Program-made: the position numbers and the translations under genes
The notes under the pieces: model-generated
Seen by the model: only the letters and a program-made list of their open reading frames with translations
Told to the model about the DNA's origin: nothing
The model's database searches: none
Origin: Azolla caroliniana
Taxonomy: Eukaryota > Plantae > Polypodiophyta
Length of the DNA stretch: 64,000 nt
Assembly: GCA_043228905.1 (NCBI GenBank)
Contig: JBHGNT010000018.1
Location: 9,052,001 to 9,116,000, forward strand
Reading direction: 5' to 3'
In this document: piece by piece, positions 37,384-50,330 of the stretch
Numbering within the stretch: the stretch's first letter is position 1
Layout of the letters: the number at the start of each line of letters is the position of its first letter

Positions 37384-40300
37384 AACTCTACTGCTGCTTC
37401 TCTAAAAGATTGGGATAAGAAATGAACTTCTTCTCATCACTTCTCCTCTCCCCTCATAAGCTATGGAGTTCATGAGCAAACAAGAATACATGCGTGTTCT
37501 TTCTGAGCTCGACATACTCACGAATAAATTTGTGGCATTAGAGCATGAGAATCGAGTAGTCCGAGCCAATTAGGATGGTTCTTGGCAATTTGGCAAACAT
37601 AATCTCTTTCAACATTATTCGTAGTCCGGAACACCCAATAGTTCTAGGTCTCCCTTGGTTTGAACTCCATAACCCGAAGATTGATCGGATGAAAAGAACA
37701 ATTGAGGAGACCTAGGAAAAAAGCACAAACCCCGCATCCCTCTCTCCTACATGTGATAATAGATCCCCAGAGTTATCTACCATCTCTTTACGATAGTTGC
37801 GGGAGGAAGGGGGGAACGAGGCCATGTTCGTCTTCACAATAGTAGCATCTCCATCATCCACTTCACGTGACGCGGACATTAAACTACCAGAGAAATACAG
37901 GGAGTATTCAGATGTCTTTGATAAGGTGAAGGCCAATACATTGCCGGAGCATCGGCCATACGACTGCCCTATTGAATTACAACCAAGGAAAGAACCTCCA
38001 TGGGGCCCAATTTATAATCTCTCCCTTGTAGAGCTAGAGACTTTGCGGGAATATATTGATGAGAATCTGGCAAACGGATTCATTCGGCATTCTAAATTCC
38101 CTACTGGTGCACCTATCTTCTTCGTTAAGAAGAAGAATGGGACTCTTCGGTTGGTCGTGGATTATTGCGGCTAAACAACGTGACTATTCGGAATAGATAT
38201 GCTCTACCATTAATCCCAAATCTTTTGGAATGTCTTAGTGGTGCAAAATATTTCATGAAGTTGGACCTTCGCGGAGCATATAATCTAGTTCGGATTCGCC
38301 TGGGGGATGAATGGAAGATAGTTTTTCTCACTCTCTATGGACATTTTGAGTATACTGTGATGCCATTCGGTCTCACGAATGCACCTACTGTTTTCCAACA
38401 TATGGCGAACGATATTTTTCGAGATTTTCTTGATATCTTCACTATAGTTTACCTAGATGATATTTTAATCTACTCGAAGACCCAAGAGGAGCATGACGAA
38501 CATGTTCGTTAACTCCCAGAATATGGTCTCTACGCAAAATTAGAAAACTATAGTTTCGGCCAGAATCAAGTGGAATTTTTGGGGTATGTTGTATCATTAG
38601 CCCCTTTCAGTGTGTGATGTGCAATGTTTTGTCAGGTTTGCAAATTTTTATCGAAAATTTATTAAAGATTATTCTAAGGTTGTGCTTCCACTTACTCAAC
38701 TCACACATAAAGATCAACCATTTATATGAAGTTCAGATGCAGCCGAGGCATTAGAAAGCTTAAAACGAGAATTTACAATGGCACCTATCTTAGCACATGT
38801 CGACCCAACAAAACGCTTCATCCTCGAAGCCGATGCATCTGATTTTGCACTACGGTATGTCCTCTCACAGACTGGAGATGATGGACAGCTACACCTTGTC
38901 GCCTTTCATTCACAAAAGTTTGACGCTGTAGAGATCAACTACGAGATCCATGAGAAAGAGCTTCTTGCAATTCTGGATTCGTTTCAACAATGGCAACATT
39001 TTCTAGAAGGTTCTTCTCAGCAGATCATTGTCTACAATGATCATAAGAACTTGACTTATTTCCAAAATGCTCGAGTCTTGAGTCGATGACAAGCCCGATG
39101 GGCACAAATTTTGACTCACTTTGACTTTATCATCATATATCGCCCTGGGATGCAGCAAGGCAAAGCAGATGCTCTTTCTCGGCGCTCTTATATGGAACTT
39201 CGTCCAGGGGAACCTACATTTGAGCATAAAAAACAAATCCTTTTGGGTCCCAATTGCTTACACTTAATGGTACTTAACGCCATAACAACTCTTGAAAATT
39301 CCACTCTTCTTGATTCCATTCGAGATCATATGGCCACTAATGATTTGGCCAAGGATGTTTTGGATCATATTCTCTCGAATCGTGCTTCTTGCTCACGATC
39401 GAAAAATCCGTGTAATGACTATCGTCAATTCTATTGGCATGGTGGTTTTTTGTTTTGACAAAATCAATTGTATGTTCCTGATGGTTCCCCATGACTACAA
39501 GTTTTACAACATTGCCATGACTCACCAATGGCTGGTCATTTTGGAGTTCACAAGACTCTAGAATTAATTTCTCGATGCTATTGTTGGCCTTGCCTTCGTC
39601 ATTTTGTTGAGGAGTATGTTCGGAGCTGTGATATATGTTATCGATCAAAGAGTCCTCGTCACCAATCCTATGGCTTACTCCAACCACTTCCCATTCCGAA
39701 AACTCCTTGGAAGTCTATATCCTTGGACTTCATTACTGATCTTCCAGTTTCAAAAGGTTTTGATGCAACTCTCACAGTGGTTGATCGATTTACGAAAACG
39801 ACACATTTCTTGCCATGTACGAAGTCGATTACTAGTCAAGAGGCGGTTGATCTCGTTATGCGGGAGGTATTTAAGCATCATGGTCTGCCGGATCATATTA
39901 TTAGTGATCGTGGTCCACAATTCATCTCAAAGTTTTGGAAGCACATGTTCAAACTTCTCCACATTTCGGTTAAGCTTTCTTCGGGCTATCATCCCGAAAC
40001 AAATGGCCAAACTAAGCGTACCAACCAGACGTTGGAGCAATATCTTCGTTGTTTCATCAACTATCAACAAGATGATTGGGTTGATTTTTTGCACTTGGTG
40101 GAATTCTCTTACAACAAGTCAGCCCATTCTTCTATAGGATATTCCCCATTTTTTGCAAATACGGGTTGTCATCCTCGCTGGACGATGAATGCGCATCTAG
40201 ACGTTCCTACCAACCCTGCTATCAAAGATCGTCTTAGTCGCCTCCAAGAAATTCACGCTACCATTCTCCACAATTTGCATGATGCTCAAGTTACATACAA

Positions 40301-41211
40301 GAGGCTTGCTGATCGTCATCGTCTAGACTCCTCAAAAAAGTTCCGCGTTGGGGATCATGTATGGCTTCTCCAACAGAACATCAAGACCACTTGATCTTGC
40401 GGTAAATTAGATTACCAACGTTTTGGCCCTTACATGATCACTGGTAAGATAAGTGATGTTGCATTTCGTCTTGACCTCCCTCCACACATGCATCTTCATC
40501 CGGTGTTTCATGTATCCCTTATGGAACCTTATACTACAAGTTAAATTCTGGATCGTCTTACGACACCTCCCCCCACCTGTTGTCGAGTTCTTGAACGGAC
40601 CCAAATTTGAAGTTGCTACTGTTCTCGATTCTAAAATCGTGCACAACAAGCTGTGTTACTTAGTCAATTGGCTAGGTTTTACCCCCAATGATTGAACTTG
40701 GGAACCTGTTGCAAATCTTTCCAATGCTGTGGAACTCGTCATTGCATTTCATCGCCAATATCCTCGTAAACCATGTCCTAATACAAACCCTACGAGGATC
40801 ATGACACTCACATTATGACTCGAAAGGATTTGAACCCACGACTTTGTCGTACACATGTCAAATCCTTAACCATTGTATTAATATTCTTATATGTATAGTT
40901 TTTAGAATATGAAATCTAATATTATAGGAATATTCTATATTACTGTACATTCTAGAATGACCTAGAATATTCTAGAGTGTTCTATATCACTAGAACCTTC
41001 TAGAATACTCTAGAGATCTTCTAGATTACTCTACATTCTAGGATAACCTAGAATATTCTAGAGTGTTCTCTATTACTTATAAATAGGGATCTACCACTCA
41101 TTCCAAACTAAATTGGTTCAACGCCATTTTGTAGCCTACTCTTTGTAATCCATTTTACTCTTCAATATAATAATTCTCTTTCAATTATCTCTCTCTCTCT
41201 CTCTCTCGACA

Positions 41212-41612
41212 GTTAGCCATTTCCTCCGAAAAAGCAGCATATAAGATATGTCAGAGTTCCGATCTATTTGGTCGTAAACCCTGGACTTGCACTACCAAGG
41301 AGACCATCTCCAGCCTATGTACCTCTCCCAGTACAATATATTTATCTTCCTCCGACAACAGAAGGTCGACTGTCCCATCACTTAGATGAAGCAACTTTTG
41401 GGGGGGGGTGCACCGGACTCCCTTGCTCGCGTGTATAGGCCAATTGCAGATGGTGTATGTAGTTGTTCCATAGGAGACCTGTTGTTCGTGTTGTTCGCTC
41501 CTCTCGTGATGGTAGCGTTGTTTGCTCCATCCACGACCTATTCGACAGTTGTCACTACGCTCTTTATCTTCTTTTATCCGGATGCATTTTACTTTTTCAA
41601 TCCTCTTACTTG
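41212..41612 (-). mobile_element. LINE ORF1 N-terminal part, continuous with 35420 across the chromovirus insertion
   Basis: GLRPNRSEL*HILYAAFSEEMANILDI*FMFRGCYHVEF reads through the GTTAG TSD. Confidence 0.75.
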
Positions 41613-44514
41613 AGATCAAGCGATATTATGGAAAAACATACTTTCATAGGTACCTACGGTAGATCATTGGCGATTGCAGGTGACTTCAATATGTTGGAGG
41701 ATGTGATTGATCGGTTAGGAGGCATACCACATACAATATCTGGCTCAGGATTATATGAATGGGAATGTTTGATTTTTTCCTTGGGATTAATGGACTTACC
41801 ATATTGGAATTACAAAAGGTTTCAACTAATTTTACTTACCATAATATACTAAGTCTTTCTCAATTGGTAGAGTCGGGAGATAAAGTCAATAAACTGTTCT
41901 TTGCAATCCATAATCATCATAAGTCGACTGCTAGGATTTATTGTTTAAAATGTCATGATGGCTCTTATACCACTGATCCTAGTTAGATGCGTCAAATAAC
42001 CTCAAATTATTATGAAACTTTATTGAAGGCTAGATCCTTTTCTAGAGATGATTTGTTTAAACGGGATATTGTATGGTCAAGGATTCAAAGTAAAGTATCT
42101 ATACAACTTTCAAAATGTCTTTTGAAACCATTAAGCCCTCAAGAGACTCTAAAAGTGGCAAAGGCCCTAACAAAGGATGTTTGTGCTGGATTGGATGGGT
42201 TGGGGGTTCAATGGTATATAAAGTATTGGGATTTGATAGGTGAGGGATTGACCAAAGCTTATCAACACATTTTAGATTCTAGAAATATGCCACAAGATTG
42301 GAATTAGGGGATAATATATATGATTCCTAAATGAAGTGGTCAGTTGGAAATACTTTCGCATTGGAGACCAATTACTTTGTTGAATGTTATCTACAAGATA
42401 TTAACAAAAATGGTAGCTAGACGTTTACAACCTTATCTTTTTGAGTTGATTCATGTTTCCCAAACTGGTTTTATGCAAGAACGGAGTATTGTTTATAATA
42501 TTATTCTTTTTTGGGAAATGGTTGCCTTTGCTGAATTACATAAGCAAGATTTGGTAGTGTTATTTCTTGATTTTGAAAACGCTTATGACAGAGTGGATTA
42601 GGATTTTATGGAGGGTACTTTGCTCAGGATGGGTTTTCCAAATAGATGGATACGAGGAGTTTCAGCACTATATCGTAATGCCCACAGTTCTCTTTTATTT
42701 GCAGGGGATGTTGGTAGGTGTTTCTCTATTTCAAGATCTGTACGTTAGGGATGTCCACTTGCTCCTTTTCTGTTTCTACTAGTTTCTGAATCATTTTCTG
42801 TACATTTAAATTCTCATAATGTAAATATCAAAGGTCTAGCACTACCATTTGCAGATGTTGGCATGGATAGTGAGTTTGCTGATGATACAACTCTCTATGT
42901 TCAAGCCTCACAAGTTAATTTGTTGCAGGTTCAAAAAGTTGTGGATGACTTCTCAAATGCATCGCGTGCATTGATTAATTGGGATATATCATCAGGTTTT
43001 TGGGTGGCTGAGGGAGATCCGCCAATTAATGTATTTAGTTCAGGATTTACATGGATACATACAGGTCATTCTATTAGGTATTTAGGATGTAGAGTGGGTT
43101 TGGGATTAAATGCAGAAGATATGATAGCGCCCTTGTTGGTAAGATTAAGAAATAAACTAATATACTTAAATACGGAAAAGTCGTCCTTAGCAGGACGTGT
43201 TGTTGCAAATTCGGTGCTTTTGTCCTTGATTTGGTATATAGCATCTACATGGTTGTTTTCTACGTTAGTAATGCTTAAAGTTCAACATCTAGTACAAAAG
43301 TTTATGTGGGGGAATGCTAGTTCAAACACTCATGTAGCAAAGGCCGCCTTGTCAGTTCTTATACAATCTAAACAGAAAGGAGGTTTAGGTTTGATTGATC
43401 CCTTAATGCAAAGTAAGGCATTACTTGCTAAACATGTTGTTAGGAGTTTATTGTCTGGAGAGGATTATGGAAAAAGTTATGGATTCTTTGTTTACATAAG
43501 TTTAAGCCATCGACAGGTAGTCAATGGAGGGATGGTCTTAGATGCTTCTTTAATTCGGATTGTGCGTTACCTAAGTCGACTATTGGGTCTTTACGTTTTC
43601 TTAATGGAATTAGTCATGCATGGGAAAGTGTTCATCAAGCACTTGTTTTCTTGCAACCCAAAACTTATTGTCAATTCATACGTCAACCATTGTTATGGAA
43701 TCCTTTATTTACTGATGAAGCTGCATGTGTTTTGGGTTTACGGCCTAGGCTATCTTGGGCCGCATTGGATAGTGGCCTTGCTTGTACGGTTGCGGATTGG
43801 CTAAAGTTTTTGCAGACTTCAGCGTAGGACCAGAGGAATAGGTTGTCTAATTTAAGAGGGGCAAATATTATGTTCTCTCAAGTGTCCACGATGTTTCAGG
43901 TAACAATGCCAACTATGCAGTTTGATCATTTTCAGAATTGGTATGGTATGTTTTCGACTCTTAATATACTTATAGGAGCTCGTTTATACCATCAAAATGA
44001 CAACCTTTACTTTTATGAAGTTATGGATAATGGTAGGTTGTTTTAATGGAGGAGGAGGCTCCAATTATGTCTTCTGCAAATCAGTTACCAGGGCGAGTAA
44101 TTGCTCGATTAGATAAAAAGATCATTATAGATCCTAATCCCTTAATTGCTAAATACTCATCTCATATTTGGGTTTTACAATCTAGGCAAATTGCTGGTTT
44201 GCATTGGGATTCGTTTGATTATGGTTGGAAGTTGTCGGCATGTGTCATCCTCTCATATGTTGAAGTTCTGGAAACAATTTTGGTCACTTAAGTGTATGAA
44301 TAAGGTGTACTACATTTTCGATGGTTGATGATTCATTATCCCTTGCCAATAGGAGTTTTATTGAGGGGAACAATGCCTGATAGATAATGTGTTATGTGTG
44401 GGTTTGCATTTGAGACATTACATCATGTTTTTTGGGACTGTGTTGCGACCAAAAGTTTTTGGTTTTGAATTCTTAGGTTATTAGGTACTAAGTATAGGTC
44501 GACCATTTTCACGT
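41613..44514 (+). mobile_element. L1-clade LINE ORF2 (endonuclease C-terminus, RT, zf-RVT), decayed
   Basis: IAGDFN, WRPITLLN, LFLDFENAYDRVD, GCPLAPFLF, FADDTT, YLG, GGLGL and CVMC..ETLHHVFWDC. Confidence 0.88.
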
Positions 44515-44972
44515 TGTCGTGAAGAATTTCGGCCAGAGGCGGAAACCAGGAAACATTGGCTACATCGGCGGGGTGCAGCGTGTGTACACACCCATGTACA
44601 TTTAGTGTGAATATCGAGGGCGCCTTTATGGCGCCGAAGAGTAGTCAAGTTGGGATAGACGATCCCATGTAAGTCGGGGTTTATCCCACATTGTAACACA
44701 TCCCTGTCCTTGTTCTATAAAAGGAAGGGAACGCCCTTTGTGAAAGGGTTGCCCATTTTGCATTAGAGGGTATACCGTTAGTCTAGGGTTAGTGTTTCTT
44801 CTTCTTCTTCTTCTTCCTCTCCCCCTTCGTGTTCACTTAGGGTTTGCTTCAGCTCATCTCCTGCGCAAGACCCCGCTCGGCGCGACGAGCCCGTGAGCTC
44901 CCCGACGGCGGCTTGGCAGCTGACGACTACTGTAACCTACCTTGGTCCGGCTCGACGCCGGGAATGTATTCT

Positions 44973-45012
<40 letters not shown>

Positions 45013-45138
45013 GTTTGCGTCTGTCTGTGTATATTCGCGTCTTCGTTCGTGTCGGGTGCTCCCCTTTTCTGCGTTTCCTGTACATGAGGGCGTGAGTTGG
45101 GTCGGCATGTGTGTGTGTGTGTGTGCATGAGTCGGTGT

Positions 45139-45182
<44 letters not shown>

Positions 45183-45349
45183 TCGGTTGCTTCAGGGGTG
45201 CTTCTAGGATGCCCCGGAAATGGTGAAGCACGACTTCCCACGCTCCATCACTCCCTAGTCCAAGACCCCCATGGTCCTGCCTTTCTCCACGCACGCGCGT
45301 AACAACGCGACATCTTTGGTGAACTCGACGTGAAAGGCGGCAAGGGAGG

Positions 45350-46789
45350 ATGGAGTCGGAAGACGACGACCTTGCAGAGATGGTGGCCGAAGTGGTGTTG
45401 GAGTCAGCACGAGTGGTGATGAGGCGAGAAGCAACGCAACAAGCGGTTGAGCGAGTGGTTGAAAGAGTCGGCCGTTTCAACGGGGACAAAGTCCTATCTT
45501 ACTTGGAAGCCTACAACGCGGAAATGGAGGAGTGTGGCGTAGACGAGGCGTTGAGGCTGGAGTTCTTCTGCCTGGTCGTAGCTGTCCGGATGCATGCGGA
45601 AGTAAAGGAGCTCCGTGAGGCTCATAGTTCGTGGGAGGCCTTCGAAGAGGCGCTCCTGAAGGCATACGGAGGAGGGCGGAAGAGCCGGGGACGGCACGAC
45701 TTCGACCAGTGGGTAGCATCGGCAAAGACCCACTGGCGCGCGACGAAGGCGTTCCGAGAGTTCGAGCGACGGCTTGCTCGGCTCCTAGAGCGGGAACAAG
45801 GTTTGGTGGGGGCGGACAAGGTCCTATTGTTTGTCAGGTCGATCGACCGAGCGGAATAGGAGGCCATCGGGATTGAGCTCGAAGACGATGATGGAGCGAA
45901 TGGGCTTACGGAGGACTGGTCGAAGGTCGGAAGGGTGTGCCAACGGCTAGACAACGAGCGAGCCGAAAAGGCTAAGAGGAAGGTACACGACGACGTGCCA
46001 TCATAGCGGGAAGAGGCCGAACGGCAAAGAGAGTCGGCAAGGGTCGGCGTTGGGGCCAGGATTGCGGAGGCGTACGCAGCTCTCAAGGCGATGATCGAGG
46101 AAGAGGAAAGACGGAGGCCGCAAGCCGAGACCGAGGAGACGAACTTGCCCCATGCGACGGCGGAAGATCGGTGCGACGGTACCACGGGAGAGGGTGCGGA
46201 ACAAAACGCCCTCTCGACTTGCAGAGATAGAATGGCCAAGGACGAGGCCGAGATACTGATCGCGGAACCGGAACGTTGGGACCAGCAGTTTCGAGCGTGT
46301 CAGCCCAAGATCCCGGTCATTGGAGAAGAAAGCCCAGACGGGGCTTGCGCGATCGGTAAGAAGACGACCGCCGACCACGAAGAGTTGGTGGCTACAGACA
46401 AGGGCGAAAAACGGACGAGCGATTCTTTGTGTCTTCCCACACTTGCTCCCGAGATGATGGCAGTCGGGCCCGAGTGCCCACGTGAGTCCCGAGCGGAGGA
46501 AGGCGGCGGCGAAAGGCCAAGAATCACCGGCGAGACGATACGGGGAAGGAGCGGACAAAAGCCCACGGACCCGATTCCGGAGAACTCGGCATTCGGGCCC
46601 GTATGCCCATGTAAGACCGAGGAGATGGATGGCGGTACCGGGGAGTCCTGGAACGATGCCAGCGAAGAAGGATGGGAAACGGCCTGCAAGGAGGCCGAGG
46701 ACAGACGCGACACGAGGAGATCGGCATTCCGATACGTATGGAGTAGAATCCGGTCGTGGATCGTTCGATTGGGGCCGGATTCGGCATGA
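45350..46789 (+). pseudogene. gag-like ORF with in-frame stops
   Basis: RFNGDKVLSYLEAY..SWEAFEEALLKAY resembles retrotransposon Gag; TAG stops at 45857 and 46004. Confidence 0.6.
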
Positions 46790-47189
46790 AGGTGCCGATA
46801 CGGGAGAGGGTGCGGGACGAGCCGCCCTCTTTTACATGGGGAGAAAGACCGACCGGGCGAAGGTCGAGATTTGGAAGGAAAATGAAAGCCGGTCCTATGG
46901 GATTCCTTACACCGATCCGGTTGCAGGCCCGAGTGCCAGCGTGAGTCCTATAAGAGAGATTGGTGGTGACAGGAGAACGGGACTCGGCAATCTGGAGAAG
47001 GACGAACTAACCCGGACGAGAACCGGGCGGAACGGACTCCCGGATGACCATTTCGGGAGGGAGGAAGAGAGCAGGCCTACGAAGAGGCCGAGGGCACGGT
47101 ACGTCGGTACCACGGGAGAGGGTGCAGAGTAAACCGCCCTCTCAGCATGCGGAAAAGAACGACCCGGGACAGGGTCGGGAAGACAAATG

Positions 47190-47420
47190 GGAGGCCTACA
47201 GAGGATCCTTCACACCGGTTCTAGAGACTTCGGCAGTCGGCAACGCGGTCGACGTAAGAACAAGATACTGACGGTGGCGGCGAGGTGACGAAGGCAAGGG
47301 CTACGGATCGGAGGCCTATGAAGGATCCTTCACACTGGTTCTAGAGACTTCGGCAGTCGGCAATGCGGTCGACGTAAGACCAAGATACTAACGGTGGCGG
47401 CGAGGTGATGAAGGCTATGG
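47190..47420. repeat. 120-bp tandem duplication, with decayed related copies between about 46890 and 48220
   Basis: GGAGGCCTA..GGATCCTTCACAC.GGTTCTAGAGACTTCGGCAGTCGGCAA starts at 47190 and at 47310. Confidence 0.85.
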
Positions 47421-49213
47421 GCGTAAGGAAGTCTAGTCCTACGGGATCCCCACACTTAACTAGAGACTCCGGCAGTTCGGCCAACATGGCAACATGAGAC
47501 CGAGAGAGAAGGTTGGTGGCGGCGGGAAACGGGACCCGACTACGCGGAAGACACGAGGAGAGTCCGGGAGGGACTCAAACAAAAGACACCCGAATTCCGG
47601 CAAGCATAGAAACGGAGTCCGGTCCTATGGGACCCTCACATCGATCCGGAGACCCCGGCAGTTCGGCCAACGTGGCAACGTGAGACCGAGGGAGAAGGAC
47701 GGTGGCGGCAGGGAACGTGACCCGACGACACTAGGTTTCGGAAGGAGCCGGTAGGGGCAAACACGGGGAGGTGTGTCAAGCCGGAAAGGCACACCTGGAA
47801 CAGAACAAGAGTCTCGCAAATGGCCATCGCGGGCCGGATCGAAGCGTGACTACGGGACGGTGTTCGGCACGGGCGGTGCCGAGCGAAGGAAATGAACAAC
47901 AGCACAAGAGAGGTGCCGGGAACGAGGTGACAAGTGCCTAGTGGGCTGCATAGGGTCGAAGTCGGGGATGGCAAGAGAGGCCAGAGGAGGATCCTCCACA
48001 CTCGCTTCGTAGATCTCGGTAGCTCCGTCGAAGTAGAAAAGACTGACACGGCAAGCCGGGATGACAAGCTGGTGGGGCGAGGGGACGACCGCAAACGGAA
48101 GACTTGGGACCTGTTGCAGCAGCAAGAAGACCGGAAAGGGATCCCTACACCGTTCTGGAGACCATGGCGGTTCGAGCCGACTCGTCGATGTAAGACCATG
48201 GAGAAGGAAGGTGGCGGCGAGAGGACGAGGGCAACACGAAACAACATGGGACGACCATCGGGACATCACGATTGGGCAACGAAGGCCAAGCGGGCCACTA
48301 CGAGCATGCCTCAAGCGGAGGACATCGGGCATATGGCGGGAAGCAGGGCGTTCATACGGCCGAACAAGGGCCGGCGAAAGTACGCGTACTACGGAGATCG
48401 CGGCAGAGGACCCATTGACGGGTCGAACAAGCCTAGGGGGAGGCAAGCGCGAAGGAAGAATCAAAGCCGACGGATCAAATCTGCAGCGAGCCGGGATGCG
48501 GATCACGGAAGACTGGTTTCTCACCGGCCGAAATCTCTCACCCTTCAACCGGACTTGGCACATACCGGTGTATGTGCGGTTAGGTGGGGGCGGATGTCGT
48601 GAAGAATTTCGGCCAGAGGCGGAAACCGGGAAACATTGGCTACATCGGCGGGGTGCAGTGTGTGTACGCACCCATGTACATTTAGTGTGAATATCGAGGG
48701 CGCCTTTATGGCGCCGAAGAGTAGTCAAGTCGGGACAGACGATCCCATGTAAGTCGGGGTTTATCCCACATTGTAACGCATCCCTGTCCTTGTTCTATAA
48801 AAGGAAGTGAACACCCTTTGTGAAAGGGTTGACCATTTTGCATTAAAGGGTATACCGTTAGTCTAGGGTTAGTGTTTCTTCTTCTTCTTCTTCTTCCTCT
48901 CCCCCTTCGTGTTCGCTTAGGGTTTGCTTCAGCTCATCTCTTGTGCAAGACCCCGCTCGGCGCAACGATCCCGTGAGCTCCCCGACGGCGGCTTGGCAGC
49001 TGACGACTACTGTAACCTACCTTGGTCCGGCTCGACGCCGGGAATGTATTCTCCTTTTATATATATATATATATATATATATACACGTTTGCGTCTGTCT
49101 GTGTATATTCGCGTCTTCGTTCGTGTCGGGTGCTCCCCCTTTTCTGCGTTTCCTGTACATGAGGGAGTGAGTCGGGTCGGCATGTGTGTGTGTGTGTGTG
49201 CGTGAGTTGGTGT

Positions 49214-49249
<36 letters not shown>

Positions 49250-49383
49250 TCGGTTGCTTCAGGGGTGCTTCTAGGATGCCCTGGAAATGGTGAAGCACGA
49301 CTTCCCACGCTCCATCACTCCCTAGTCCAAGACCCCCGTGGTCCTGCCTTTCTCCACGCACGCGCGTAACAACGCGACAACGT

Positions 49384-49830
49384 GGGGTGCAATATTTTGG
49401 GGAACGTTGGCTCAACAAATGGCTTTTTATCATTATCATAATTCTTCATTCACTTTACATGTGAGAAGTCTTCAAATGTACTCTTGTTCAACCTTCATGT
49501 CGGGAATCAAGTTCTTCTCGCAGTGTTATGTTAGGCAGATTGTTTCCTCTTTGGCCTTATGGGTTTTGGAAATCGAGGTGTTCCAAACTATACAACGTTG
49601 AACAAATTCATGTTGTGGATCAGGTTAAGACCTTTTGGGAATTATTGATTTATACAGTAAAAGGCGAGTATGATAGTTATAAGGGTTATGGAAATATAGC
49701 TAACCGGAAAAGAAGAAGAATTGGTAGAGTCTAGTCATCTATTCCTATTATGTTGGATGCAGGTGATGATGTTAAGTGGAATTACGTTCAACCTTGTTGG
49801 TTGTTTCCACCACCAACGACGTACATAGTG
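49384..49830 (+). mobile_element. 3' continuation of LINE ORF2 after the LTR-element insertion
   Basis: FSTWGAIFWG reads across the ACGT TSD; LWKSRC-like motif follows. Confidence 0.65.
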
Positions 49831-50330
49831 CAGACAACATGACTCAAGATGGAGGATGTGGTTGAGACATAGGTGACTTGCTCCATTCGTGGAAGTAAAT
49901 TGTTGGATTCAACCAGATGGTTGGTCAAGGATTTTGGTGGTCATAGATGAGTGATGACATAACATAGATGAGCGATGTTGTTTTTGTCATGATAAGTGAT
50001 GTTGTTGTGGGGCCTGAAGCAAATTTTCATAATGAGAGGAATTTTCTTAGACTCATTGTTTTTGTTGTTCGTACAAGATGTCGATGGTAGTCGGCAACAT
50101 GGCAAGCTGGTCGGGCGAGATGTTGATGTGGACGGAATGGAGAAGATTTTAGGTTTCTAGGATCTAGTTCTCGTTTTTGTCACGTAGTTATTTGTCTTTA
50201 TAACATTTTGCCATGATGAGAGGATGAGTGTTGATGGTGTGGAGGCTGAAGCAAATATATGAGGGGATGAGAAAACATTATATACTCATTGTGGTGTTAA
50301 TTGTACAGGAACTTGGTAGCAATCGGAGAG

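Larger units (their letters stand above)
35421..41211 (+). mobile_element. Tcn1-type chromovirus bounded by a TSD, internally rearranged and decayed
   Basis: TSD GTTAG at 35416-35420 and 41212-41216; LTR copies 35421-35778 and about 40795-41211; RT ([13 protein letters not shown]), RH (EADASDF), IN and chromodomain. Confidence 0.9.
44515..49379 (+). mobile_element. Complete non-autonomous gag-only LTR retrotransposon (TR-GAG-like)
   Basis: LTRs 44515-45312 and 48595-49379 (about 22 substitutions counted by eye); 4-bp TSD ACGT; PBS TGGTGAACTCGACGTGAA at 45317-45334 (tRNA-Trp-like); PPT AGGTGGGGGCGGA; no pol motifs. Confidence 0.9.

Noticed and set aside
46482-48728. Many overlapping 200-290-aa ORFs in the gag-only element
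   Set aside because: GC-rich repetitive DNA open in several frames; no RT, integrase or other recognisable motif.
49830-50330. Two weakly similar segments near 50000 and 50230
   Set aside because: Short and degenerate; could be LINE 3' UTR, but no poly(A) tail or TSD was found.
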